From a virus (Duplodnaviria > Caudoviricetes): a stretch of 61,401 bases of DNA. Location of the stretch: IMG/VR virus record IMGVR_UViG_3300036805_000115, positions 1-61,401 of that record, one strand, 5' to 3'. A program made the position numbers and the translations under genes. A model generated the notes under the pieces. It was not told the DNA's origin and did not search any database. It saw only the letters and a list, made by a program, of their open reading frames with translations. Of this stretch, positions 20,303 to 29,027 are shown piece after piece (position 1 is the first letter of the stretch; each line of letters starts with the position of its first letter).

Positions 20303-20334
20303 CCTCGGGGTCGGCCAAACGGTCGGCCCCGAGG
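20303..20334 (+). terminator. GC-rich hairpin after the capsid gene
   Basis: CCTCGGGGTCGGCC-AAAC-GGTCGGCCCCGAGG. Confidence 0.6.
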
Positions 20335-20351
20335 AGATTTGGATTCCGGTT

Positions 20352-20651
20352 ATGGCTGTTCGAAGTGATCTCGTCGCCGAGATCGACACCACGCTCTCCG
20401 GTTCTGGGACGCTGACGGGCGCCTGGATTGACTCCGGCGACGTGCAGTCGGTGCACATGGTCTACGGGTTCACAGGATCTCCGAGCCCGGTCGTCTCCCT
20501 CGACCAATCGATCGACGGTACGACCGTGTTCTCGTCAGACCCGTGGAGTTTCGATTCCAGCCGTGTCATTGCGGCCCGGTTCTTCAGGCTTTCCGTAGCT
20601 GGAGGCGGCGCGGGCGCTACCTTCCGGGCCTCTGTGCGAGTGGTTTCCTGA
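20352..20651 (+). CDS. Small beta-rich virion decoration-like protein
   Basis: Ser/Thr/Gly-rich, ends ARFFRL.V; follows the capsid gene. Confidence 0.5.
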   Translation: MAVRSDLVAEIDTTLSGSGTLTGAWIDSGDVQSVHMVYGFTGSPSPVVSLDQSIDGTTVFSSDPWSFDSSRVIAARFFRLSVAGGGAGATFRASVRVVS

Positions 20652-21031
20652 TGGCCACCGTGGTCACGAACAGCACATCCTTCCCAAACATCGCAACCCT
20701 GTCCTCGGCGCAAACCGGGAACGGGCAGTCCACGAACATCGTGGACCGCGGAGGCTCCACGGCCCCCGCTCTGGTGACGATCGTGACCACAGTCGGCGCC
20801 ACCCCCACCTGCACCTACCTGCTCGAGGTGTCTGCGGATGGGGTCGACTGGTTCCCCGGGGCGTACGCGGATGTCGCCACCCCCGCAACTACGGCGGTCG
20901 CGACGTTCGCGATCACCACTGCGACCACGACCAGGAAAATCATGGTCGCCGGTCAGCCGTGGCGGTACCTGCGGGCCACGTTCAGCGCCAACACGAACGT
21001 CACCAGCACCGTGTCTGTGTGGACGTACTGA
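20651..21031 (+). CDS. Thr-rich beta-sandwich decoration-like protein
   Basis: LEVSADGVDW...WRYLRA motif. Confidence 0.55.
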   Translation: MATVVTNSTSFPNIATLSSAQTGNGQSTNIVDRGGSTAPALVTIVTTVGATPTCTYLLEVSADGVDWFPGAYADVATPATTAVATFAITTATTTRKIMVAGQPWRYLRATFSANTNVTSTVSVWTY

Positions 21032-21546
21032 AACTCGTCAGGTCGTGGCCCGCACGAATCCCCGAAGGTCGGTCCTATGTGGTCGACCAGCTCGACCGGG
21101 TCGTCATCGACAACCACGACTACCGGGCCCTTGAGGGACTCGACGACGACGTGCTGCTCTTGGAGTGGGACATCGCTGTCGGCAAAGAGGACCTCGAGTC
21201 GTTCGCGCGCCAAGCGAAAGCAACTCCGGCTGGCGTGCTGGTGGCGCCGTACCTTCTGTACACCCCGGAGCCGGTGTGGGCGCACCGATCGTGGCCCGGC
21301 GGATTGACACCTGAGGGTGCCTCGCCGGTCTACACGGGCGCAGCGTTCTGCAACCTGTTCGGGCTCGGCATGGCCTACCTTCCGCGAGCTCTCATTCAAG
21401 GGTTCTGCAGCTCGGGGTGGGCGAACCACTTCGGTGACGTCGAGTTCTCCACGTGGCACTACCACAACGTCAAGAAGGAAGTCCCGATCGCATGGGCGAT
21501 TCAGCCTGTGCATCTCAACCATCCTGGAGTGACCCGTGTCGGATGA
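21019..21546 (+). CDS. Putative minimal GT-A fold glycosyltransferase
   Basis: VLLLEWDI (DxD-like), FGLGMAYLPR, GDVEF and a C-terminal VHL, in GT2 motif order. Confidence 0.5.
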   Translation: MDVLKLVRSWPARIPEGRSYVVDQLDRVVIDNHDYRALEGLDDDVLLLEWDIAVGKEDLESFARQAKATPAGVLVAPYLLYTPEPVWAHRSWPGGLTPEGASPVYTGAAFCNLFGLGMAYLPRALIQGFCSSGWANHFGDVEFSTWHYHNVKKEVPIAWAIQPVHLNHPGVTRVG

Positions 21547-21763
21547 CGCCAACGCCAAGACCATCGCCGCGCTGCTGCGCGAACGCTCCGCCCTCCTCGG
21601 CCGCGGCAAGGACGAGCGTGTCGAGCAGGTCGACGCCGAGCTCAAGGCCCGCGGCTACGAAGCGCCGAAGACCGCCGAGGAGCCGCCGAAGCCGGCGGAG
21701 GACCCGAAGCGGCAGACCCCGCAGGGGCGCTCCAGCAAGCCGCAGCAGAACACCAAGGACTGA
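21536..21763 (+). CDS. Small head-associated hypothetical protein
   Basis: IAALLRER...VEQVDAEL with a charged tail. Confidence 0.55.
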   Translation: MSDDANAKTIAALLRERSALLGRGKDERVEQVDAELKARGYEAPKTAEEPPKPAEDPKRQTPQGRSSKPQQNTKD

Positions 21764-21789
21764 GCGACGATTCGGGCGGGGGTACCGAT

Positions 21790-22692
21790 TTGAGCCTCAT
21801 CGCGGCCTACTCGTTCGACGAGTCGGGCAACACGGTGCTGGACATGTCCGGCAACGGCCGGGACTTCGCGTTGACCACGGACGCGCAGCGCGTCGCCGGG
21901 CACATGGGCGGCGGTGTCCAGCCCGCCACCACCACGGGGGTGCAGCTGCCGGACATGGGCCAGACCGATGAGCGCACGGTGTGCATGTGGGTCAAGGGCT
22001 CCATTCCGGACGGTTGGCCGGTCAGGTGGTACGACCCGTCCGCCGCTGGCGGTAGCGGTGGCGGGGTGTGGGGGATCCTGTTCCTCGGCGGCGTACCGAT
22101 CATCCGGGCCCGCAACGGGGCGGACGATTTCACGGATGCGACTGCGGCGTGGCCGGACACCACGAACTGGCACCACATCGCCGGGACGTTCGGTGGTGGT
22201 GCGGTGAAGTTGTACCTCGACGGCGTGTTGGCGGATCAGCAGTCTCTCGTTGGCCCGATCCGGATAGCGAACGCGCCGACCTTGTTCGGCGGGTGGAATC
22301 TCGCTGGGAGTTTCGACGATCTGCGGATCTACGATGCGGCACTCGGCGCCTCGTCGATCACCGCGTCGATGGCGCCGGTGCGGTCAAGTGACCTCGCGTC
22401 TGCGGGGGCATTGGCGATCGACGCGGCCTTCCTGGCCCGGGTCACCGCCGCGGCGCAGCAGTATGGCGTGCAGGTCGCGAAAGCCGTGCTGGCGAACCCT
22501 GACGGGTCGAGCCAGAAGGACAAGGCGCGCTTCAACCTGTCCCGCACCTGTCTCGCCAGCCCGGCGGCGATCGGCCAGCAGTTCGCGTGGGCCATCGGTT
22601 CCGACGCCGCGGTGGATTCGACGATCGACGACGACACGATCCGCTCCATGGTCGTGGATGTCTGGAACATCGTCGCCGGGGTGCCGATTTAA
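21790..22692 (+). CDS. LamG/concanavalin A-like domain virion protein
   Basis: YSFDESG..DMSGNG, WHHIAGTF, LYLDG, FDDLRIYDAAL. Confidence 0.85.
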   Translation: MSLIAAYSFDESGNTVLDMSGNGRDFALTTDAQRVAGHMGGGVQPATTTGVQLPDMGQTDERTVCMWVKGSIPDGWPVRWYDPSAAGGSGGGVWGILFLGGVPIIRARNGADDFTDATAAWPDTTNWHHIAGTFGGGAVKLYLDGVLADQQSLVGPIRIANAPTLFGGWNLAGSFDDLRIYDAALGASSITASMAPVRSSDLASAGALAIDAAFLARVTAAAQQYGVQVAKAVLANPDGSSQKDKARFNLSRTCLASPAAIGQQFAWAIGSDAAVDSTIDDDTIRSMVVDVWNIVAGVPI

Positions 22693-23379
22693 GTGTCCGC
22701 TCGCTCGGACGCCGCGACCGACCGGGTCACGATCGCGTCCGCTCCCGCCGCGGGTCCCATAACGGTCTGCACGTGGGCCAAGCTGGTCACCCAGGGCACG
22801 AGCACGCTCGACACCATCGTCCGCTGGGATGCGAGCGGCACCACCTCGCTCATCATGTCCCTGCGTGGTGCCAGCGGGCTGACGCCGGGTATCTACTCTG
22901 CGGCGAGCACTACGGGCGTCCTCGCCTCATCCGATGTCACGCTCGGCACCTGGGTTTTCATCGCCGGGACCAGGGATGGGTCTTCCAACGCCCAGATCTT
23001 CTGGGGCACCAACCCGGCCAGCCTGTCGAAGGTCACCGGCACTGTGAACACGTCCGGGACACCTTCGTCGGTGAACCTATTCGGGCGCAGCACGTCGGAC
23101 GCCACGGACTGGTTCAACGGCTCCCTAGCACACTTTCGGGTGTGGACCACCGTCCTCACGGACGCAGAAGTCGCCGCCGAGGGCGCCAGCGCAACGTTGG
23201 TGAAGACGGCCAGTGCGTGGAGTGCGTGGGAGTTCGCCAACGCCGCGCTCACCGACTCGTCCGGCAACAGTCGGAACCTCACCGCCGGCAGCACCGGTCT
23301 CACGGCGGACGCAGATCCGCTCGCTTCGGCGCCGTTCGTGCCGATCTACTCGCTGTCCCCGTACGGCAGCTTCCACTGA
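22693..23379 (+). CDS. Second LamG-like domain protein
   Basis: TWVFIAGTRD, FNGSLAHFRVW..VLTDAEV, DSSGNSR. Confidence 0.8.
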   Translation: MSARSDAATDRVTIASAPAAGPITVCTWAKLVTQGTSTLDTIVRWDASGTTSLIMSLRGASGLTPGIYSAASTTGVLASSDVTLGTWVFIAGTRDGSSNAQIFWGTNPASLSKVTGTVNTSGTPSSVNLFGRSTSDATDWFNGSLAHFRVWTTVLTDAEVAAEGASATLVKTASAWSAWEFANAALTDSSGNSRNLTAGSTGLTADADPLASAPFVPIYSLSPYGSFH

Positions 23380-23610
23380 AAGGACGGTCGATGGCGAAGG
23401 TTCCGAGCGCCGATGAGGTCGTGGCCAAGCTGGACGAGATCAAGGCCGCGATGACCGAACTGTTCCCCCGGAACGCGGCCCGGCTTCACCAGCTCGATCA
23501 CCATCTTTCGACCGCCGCAATGGCGGTCGAGCACTTGTTCGACGAGCAGGTGCGTGCCGACTTCGCCCGCGCGGAACGCATCCGCAAAGCCGAGAACGAG
23601 GAGTAGGAAC

Positions 23611-24123
23611 ATGGGCCGTTTCAAGGGTGCTGTCGAGTCGCAGGCCGCGCAGCTTGCGGGTACGCCGGCGACCACTACGTTCAACGGGTATTTCGCGGCA
23701 ATCGTCGCGGGCGCCTCCGCGAACTTCAAACTGCGCCGTGTGATCCTCGGCGTGCGCGCCGGCGCCGCTGTGCCGACATCGCAGCAGTACACGGTGGCGA
23801 TCTACCGCCAAACCGTCCGCGTCGTCGGCACGGGTTTCTCGACGGTGACGATGCAGAACATGGATCCGCGCGGCGCAGCGTCGGCGATCACGGGCATCGA
23901 TGTCACCACTGCGACCACGGCTGGCACGACCGGGCCGACGATCGGCGCGAACCCGCTGGAGCGGATCACCCTCAACACCCAGTCGGCCGCGGATCTGCCG
24001 TACGAGCTTCTTGAGGAGCTGATCTGCGACCAGGGCACGGCGAACGGGCTGGCGTTCGTGAACATCGGCAGTGCGCTCCCGGCCTCGCATCTGTTCACGC
24101 TCAGCGTCGAAGCAGAAGAGTGA
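23611..24123 (+). CDS. Hypothetical virion protein
   Basis: Ala/Thr-rich beta-type ORF in the structural operon. Confidence 0.55.
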   Translation: MGRFKGAVESQAAQLAGTPATTTFNGYFAAIVAGASANFKLRRVILGVRAGAAVPTSQQYTVAIYRQTVRVVGTGFSTVTMQNMDPRGAASAITGIDVTTATTAGTTGPTIGANPLERITLNTQSAADLPYELLEELICDQGTANGLAFVNIGSALPASHLFTLSVEAEE

Positions 24124-24134
24124 CCTCGTAGGTC

Positions 24135-24971
24135 ATGTCCCGTCGCTGGCGTGATCCGCTCGTCTCGCGTCGGCGACGGCTTGAGGCGCCCTGGATACCA
24201 CCGGCATCTCCAGCTGCGCCGCAGATGCCTCCGCAGACGCTGGCGACGAAGCGGCGACTGCCCCCAGCGCGGCACGGGCGATCGTTCTTCGCGCCATCCG
24301 CCGGCGACCTGCAGCTAACACTCCCGCTGCGGCGGCGGCCAGTCGCCGTGCGGCGCCGGGGAAGCATGTTCGAGACGCCGTGGGCGCCTCAGGTTGTCCC
24401 AGCGGCGCCGACCTTCGTTCCGGACGAGCTTCAGCGCTCGGTGCGGATGGTCACTGTCCGGCGAGGACGGTTCGCGGCGCCACCGTGGCCGCAGCAGCAG
24501 GCGACCGCGCCGCCGGATATGCCGCCGAGCTTCGTGCGACAGAACGCGATGCGGGCTCGTCCGCAGCGGCGTGGCCGGTTCCTGCCGAGTCTGGCGGCTG
24601 CACCGGGGATTCCTCAGCGGCTACGGCTGACGGTTCGCCGCCAGCTACCCGGCCGGCGCGGGAAGTTCTCCCGGCCGCTGCCGGTGGTGTCGCTCGCGGG
24701 CCCGGGCCCGCTGGTACCCAAGCTGTCACGGTCGACGCAGCGGCGACTGGTTATCCCGCGCCGTGGGCACTTCCTGGCCGTGCCGCTGATCGGCGCGACC
24801 CCGGCAAGCCCCGGCTTCGTCTGCCAGGACTTCGACGCCACTGTCTCGGTCGACGCGTACTCGGGCTCCGTCTCAGTCGACGCCTACGCGGCCGCCATCT
24901 CGGTCGATGCCTACAGCGCCACCGTCTCCGTCGACACCTACGGCGGTACAGCAACCAACTGCGGGAGGTGA
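24135..24971 (+). CDS. Arg/Pro-rich repeat protein with C-terminal (V/I)SVD(A/T)Yxxx repeats
   Basis: Recurring RRGxF motif; four 27-nt repeats near 24843..24950; fills the gap between coupled genes. Confidence 0.55.
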   Translation: MSRRWRDPLVSRRRRLEAPWIPPASPAAPQMPPQTLATKRRLPPARHGRSFFAPSAGDLQLTLPLRRRPVAVRRRGSMFETPWAPQVVPAAPTFVPDELQRSVRMVTVRRGRFAAPPWPQQQATAPPDMPPSFVRQNAMRARPQRRGRFLPSLAAAPGIPQRLRLTVRRQLPGRRGKFSRPLPVVSLAGPGPLVPKLSRSTQRRLVIPRRGHFLAVPLIGATPASPGFVCQDFDATVSVDAYSGSVSVDAYAAAISVDAYSATVSVDTYGGTATNCGR

Positions 24972-24972
24972 C

Positions 24973-25317
24973 ATGGCAGCCAAGCAGGACATCTCCCTGA
25001 ACGAGAACAACGACGAGAACGTCAACGTCGTCGCCACCACCAACGTCCCCACCGCCGGAACGATCCTCAACCTCACCGGCTTGACGTTCGAAGCGTTCCT
25101 GAAGCCCACCAAGGGCAGCGGGGACGCCGACGCCGGAGTTTGGAAGGGAACCCTCGGCTCCGGGGTGACCGTCACCGACGCGGCAAACGGGAAACTCACC
25201 GTCTCCATCCCGGCCGCGAACATCACTGTCACTCAGGGATGGTGGCGGGTGGATGCCCTCTCCGGCGGGCTGCGGAAAACCATCGTGTACGGCGTCGTGA
25301 CGGTGGTGGATCTCTGA
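24973..25317 (+). CDS. BppU-N-like beta-sandwich virion protein
   Basis: LNLTG...VTVTDAANGKLTVSI...G.VTV pattern. Confidence 0.6.
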   Translation: MAAKQDISLNENNDENVNVVATTNVPTAGTILNLTGLTFEAFLKPTKGSGDADAGVWKGTLGSGVTVTDAANGKLTVSIPAANITVTQGWWRVDALSGGLRKTIVYGVVTVVDL

Positions 25318-26126
25318 TGGCCATCGACCTCGGCGACCTCATACGCCTTGAGTTCACCAACACAGCCCCCGGTTCTGGTGCGCTGGTGAACCCCGACACG
25401 GTGACGGTCACAGTGACCCTGCCGGATGGCACCGCGTTGGCCCCGCAGACTGTTGCCCCGGCCAGCACGGGCAAGTTCCAGTACGACTACCTCACCACCG
25501 TGGCCGGCCGGCACACGGTGCGCTGGCTGGGCATTGGCACGAATCCGGGCGCCTACACGGATGCGTTCGATGTCCGGCCCGCCGGCTCCGGCTACATCCT
25601 GTCCCTACAGGACGCCAAGACCCAGTTGAACATCACCGGCACGACACGGGATGAGGAACTGCGGCGCTACCTCGAAGCCGTCACCGGGACGGTGGAGAAA
25701 TTCCTCGGCCAGAAGATCGTGCGCTCCACCATCACCGAGGAACACCACGCCTCCGGGCGGATCGCCCTCAACTGGAGCCCCGTCATTTCCCTCACCTCCA
25801 TGGCGCGGGTCGACGGCACCTACACGTGGGACGTCAACACCCTCCACGTATCCCCAGCGGGCGTGGTGTCTTCACCGCTCGGTGTCGCCCCCTACGGCGA
25901 CGTGAGGACCACTTACGTGGCTGGCATGTCGATCGTCCCTGAGGACTACGCCCTCGCCTCCCTGATCATCCTGCAGCACGTCTGGCAGACCAAGCGTGGC
26001 GACAAGGGCGCGCCCCGCACCGGGGGGATGGCGGACACGGCGAACATCGGTACCGGCCACATCGGCTACTTCATCCCCAACGCCGCAATGGAATTGCTCG
26101 GCGGCGGAATCCCGGGGATCGCCTGA
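25317..26126 (+). CDS. Head-tail adaptor with an N-terminal Ig-like domain
   Basis: LSLQDAKTQLNI...DEEL...A...VE; TYVAG...VPED. Confidence 0.75.
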   Translation: MAIDLGDLIRLEFTNTAPGSGALVNPDTVTVTVTLPDGTALAPQTVAPASTGKFQYDYLTTVAGRHTVRWLGIGTNPGAYTDAFDVRPAGSGYILSLQDAKTQLNITGTTRDEELRRYLEAVTGTVEKFLGQKIVRSTITEEHHASGRIALNWSPVISLTSMARVDGTYTWDVNTLHVSPAGVVSSPLGVAPYGDVRTTYVAGMSIVPEDYALASLIILQHVWQTKRGDKGAPRTGGMADTANIGTGHIGYFIPNAAMELLGGGIPGIA

Positions 26127-26596
26127 TGGTGTCGACGAAGTTGTTCGACTCGATCAACGCGATCGTCACCACCCTGCAGGCGGCCGGCATCACGGTCATC
26201 GACGGGCCTGAGGTTGCAGACGTCGAACTCGCCGCAGCCGTGTTCGTCGGCTATGACGCCGACCCTGAGGGCGAGTTCGCGGCCGCCACTCTCAACCAGG
26301 ACTGGTCGGACGCGACGGGTTCGGGGCGGCGCGACGAGCAACTCGAGGTCATGTGCTGCGCCGTGGTGCTCGACGGCGAATCGGCGGCGTGGAAGCCGGT
26401 CCGCGACAAGGCGAAGGCGCTGCTGACCGCCGTAGAGACAGCTCTGCGCGCGGATCCTTCACTTGGCCAGCTTGCGAGTGGGACCACGCAGTACTACTTC
26501 GCCGGGTTTCGGCCCATGGCCGCCTACCAGGAACCCACCCCGGCGGGCTACCAATTCCGGTTCACCTTCGCCGTTTCGATCAAGACCCGCGTGTAA
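26126..26596 (+). CDS. Tail terminator-like protein
   Basis: AVETALRADPSLG motif; position. Confidence 0.6.
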   Translation: MVSTKLFDSINAIVTTLQAAGITVIDGPEVADVELAAAVFVGYDADPEGEFAAATLNQDWSDATGSGRRDEQLEVMCCAVVLDGESAAWKPVRDKAKALLTAVETALRADPSLGQLASGTTQYYFAGFRPMAAYQEPTPAGYQFRFTFAVSIKTRV

Positions 26597-26605
26597 AGGA
26601 GCGTC

Positions 26606-26896
26606 ATGACCGTCAAATTCAGGCTGCGCAAGGAGCAGTTGGCGGTGGACCTGTTCAAGCCCGCAGGCCACTACGACAGCTTCAAGGTCGAGCCCGGCGG
26701 CCCCGTCGACGTGCCCGGAGAGCTCGTGACGTCACGTCCCGAGCCGAAAGACGGCGAAGAGCCGCTGCCCCCGCTGCCCGACGACGCGTATGTCGTCGCC
26801 AACGGTGGCGAGGAGAAGTCGTGGCCCCACTCGCTGTGGGAGCTCGTGACCGACAAGCCGGCCGCGAAGGCCCCGGCCGTGAAGGAGGAGAGCTGA
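26606..26896 (+). CDS. Hypothetical protein before the major tail gene
   Basis: RBS AAGGAG, coding-like. Confidence 0.6.
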   Translation: MTVKFRLRKEQLAVDLFKPAGHYDSFKVEPGGPVDVPGELVTSRPEPKDGEEPLPPLPDDAYVVANGGEEKSWPHSLWELVTDKPAAKAPAVKEES

Positions 26897-26897
26897 G

Positions 26898-27929
26898 ATG
26901 GCTACGGGGTCCGCGCTTGATGCGCAGCTGATGGTCAAAGCCGAGACGACGTGGGGCACGCCGGTCACGGTCGACAGGGCCTACGAGTTCACCGACGAGT
27001 CGCTGAACCAGGACATCACCTACACCGACTCGGCCGGGTTGCGGGTGGGGACGACGTTCAAGCGCACCGCCCGCACCAAGCAGGCCCGATTCTCCGTCGG
27101 CGGGGACATTTCGATGGAGATCCCCACCCTGGGTGCAGGGCTTCTGGTGAAGCACATGCTGGGGTCGGCGGTCACCACCACGACCCTGATCTCAGGCACG
27201 GCGTACAAGCAGGTACACGTCCCGGCCGGCATGGCTGGGCTGGGTTTGACCGTGCAGGTGGGGCGCCCGGAGCCGGTGTCGCCGTACACGTCCAGGCCGT
27301 TCACCTATGAGGGCTGCAAGATCTCCAAGTGGGAGATCAGCCTCAAGGACGGCGGGCTGGCGATGCTGAAGCTCACCGTCGATGGGCAGGCGGAATCCAC
27401 CGCCACAGCTTTGGCGACGGCGGCGTTCCTGTCGGGCACGCAGGTCTACAGCTTCAACCAGGCGACGATCAAGCTGGGCGGGACTGCGACGACCGCGTCG
27501 GGGGAAACCACGATTGCCAGTGGGGTTCCGCTGGCGACAGTGGCGAAGTCCATCACCATCTCCGGCAGCAACGCCATCGCGGATGACCGGTACGGCATCG
27601 GCAACGCCGGGCAGAAGAAAGAGCAACTGCAAAACGGCATCCAGACGGTCAACGTGAAGCTGGACTCGGAGTTCTCCAAGGCGGAGTTGTACGACCTGTA
27701 CACCGCGGGGACACCCACCCCGATCCAGTTCGACCTCACCGGCGCGGCGATCGGGGCGTCCAACTACCTGTTCTCGGTGATCCTTCCCAGCTGCATCTTG
27801 AAGAAGGCCCCGCCTTCGATCAAGGGCGCGGACATCGTGCAGATGTCGACGGAATGGGAGGCCGAGTGGGACGAGACGAACCCGCCGATCCAGATCAAGA
27901 TCGTGTCGACTGAGTCCACCTCGATCTGA
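26898..27929 (+). CDS. Major tail (tube) protein
   Basis: ETTWGTPV, LTVQVGRP, YEGCKISKWEIS; precedes chaperone and tape measure genes. Confidence 0.85.
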   Translation: MATGSALDAQLMVKAETTWGTPVTVDRAYEFTDESLNQDITYTDSAGLRVGTTFKRTARTKQARFSVGGDISMEIPTLGAGLLVKHMLGSAVTTTTLISGTAYKQVHVPAGMAGLGLTVQVGRPEPVSPYTSRPFTYEGCKISKWEISLKDGGLAMLKLTVDGQAESTATALATAAFLSGTQVYSFNQATIKLGGTATTASGETTIASGVPLATVAKSITISGSNAIADDRYGIGNAGQKKEQLQNGIQTVNVKLDSEFSKAELYDLYTAGTPTPIQFDLTGAAIGASNYLFSVILPSCILKKAPPSIKGADIVQMSTEWEAEWDETNPPIQIKIVSTESTSI

Positions 27930-28510
27930 TGCCGCCGATCCGGCTCAGCTTGGCGGCACAAAACGTGCAGGCATATCGCGCGTTGAGTAAGCGTCTCCGC
28001 CAGGGGAAGCCGGATCTGCGGAAGAAGCTCCGCGCCAGCATCAACGAAGCGGGGAAGCCGGTGCTGGACGAGGTGAAGGAACGCATCCAGACGCTGCATG
28101 TGTCCAGCGGCCATGGTGGCGGCGCGAGGCGTCGGCAGATGTTCGCCATGGTCGAGGCGGGGCGGCGGGCGCACGCACGGGGTGCGGACGTGCGGGGCGC
28201 GGCTCTGCGGGCGTCGAAGCGTTCGACAGGACTACGTACGCGTATCGCGGCGGCGACGAAGTTGCAGATCACCGCCAAAGGCGTGCGGTTCGTCGTCAAC
28301 TCGTCCCAACTTCCCGAAAGCCAGCGGACGCTGCCACGGCACCTGGACTCACCGAAGGGTTGGCGGCACCCGGTGTTCGGGAACAGAGAGGTGTGGGTGG
28401 ACCAGAAGGGTGGTCCGTGGTTCGCGGACACAATCAAACGCCGCGCGCCGGAGTTTCGCAGCGCCATCGTCAAGGCGATGGACGATATCTCGCAAGAAAT
28501 AGAGGGGTAG
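27929..28510 (+). CDS. HK97 gp10-like neck/tail protein
   Basis: Basic protein with GWRHPVFGNREVWVDQ..PWF. Confidence 0.65.
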   Translation: MPPIRLSLAAQNVQAYRALSKRLRQGKPDLRKKLRASINEAGKPVLDEVKERIQTLHVSSGHGGGARRRQMFAMVEAGRRAHARGADVRGAALRASKRSTGLRTRIAAATKLQITAKGVRFVVNSSQLPESQRTLPRHLDSPKGWRHPVFGNREVWVDQKGGPWFADTIKRRAPEFRSAIVKAMDDISQEIEG

Positions 28511-28513
28511 AAA

Positions 28514-28906
28514 GTGCTGATCTACAAATTTGAAGGCAAAGAATACGAATACGACCAGAAGATGACCGTCGAAGACGCCATTTTCATTTTTGAAAAGTCG
28601 GGCAAGGGCGTCAACGAGATCGGGCCCCAGTTGCAGATCGGGAACCCGCTGGTCATCGCCTCCTTCGTCTACCTGCTGCGCCGCCGGGCCGGGGAGGCGG
28701 TGCGCTGGGAGGACATGAAAAAAGCCAATATCAATACCTTCGACCTGGTGCCCGACGAGAACATGAGGCAGGCCGTTCGTGACCGCCTGGAAGGCCTTCG
28801 GAAACTCGGCCTCGACGGAAACGCCGACGAGATCATCGAGCAGGCGGAGAAGGCAAACCCTACGAAGCGTGGCACGACCCGGAAGCGCGCCGCGTCCAGT
28901 ACCTGA
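28514..28906 (+). CDS. Tail assembly chaperone (G-like)
   Basis: Directly before the tape measure gene; carries the slippery site. Confidence 0.8.
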   Translation: MLIYKFEGKEYEYDQKMTVEDAIFIFEKSGKGVNEIGPQLQIGNPLVIASFVYLLRRRAGEAVRWEDMKKANINTFDLVPDENMRQAVRDRLEGLRKLGLDGNADEIIEQAEKANPTKRGTTRKRAASST

Positions 28907-29022
28907 TCCCGTTCGCCGCGAGGTTCGGTTTCAAACCCTGGGATGTCGACAGGCTCACGCTCGACGAATTCGACCATTTCGCCCGCGTCATCGATGAATT
29001 GATCGCGGCGGCAACTGAATAG
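28855..29022 (+). CDS. -1 frameshift extension of the tail chaperone (GT-like)
   Basis: In-frame A AAC CCT (X XXY YYZ) at 28855..28861; the -1 frame reads YEAWHDPEARRVQYLIPFAARFGFKPWDVDRLTLDEF to TAG 29022. Confidence 0.8.
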   Translation, partial: KPYEAWHDPEARRVQYLIPFAARFGFKPWDVDRLTLDEFDHFARVIDELIAAATE

Positions 29023-29027
29023 AGGGG

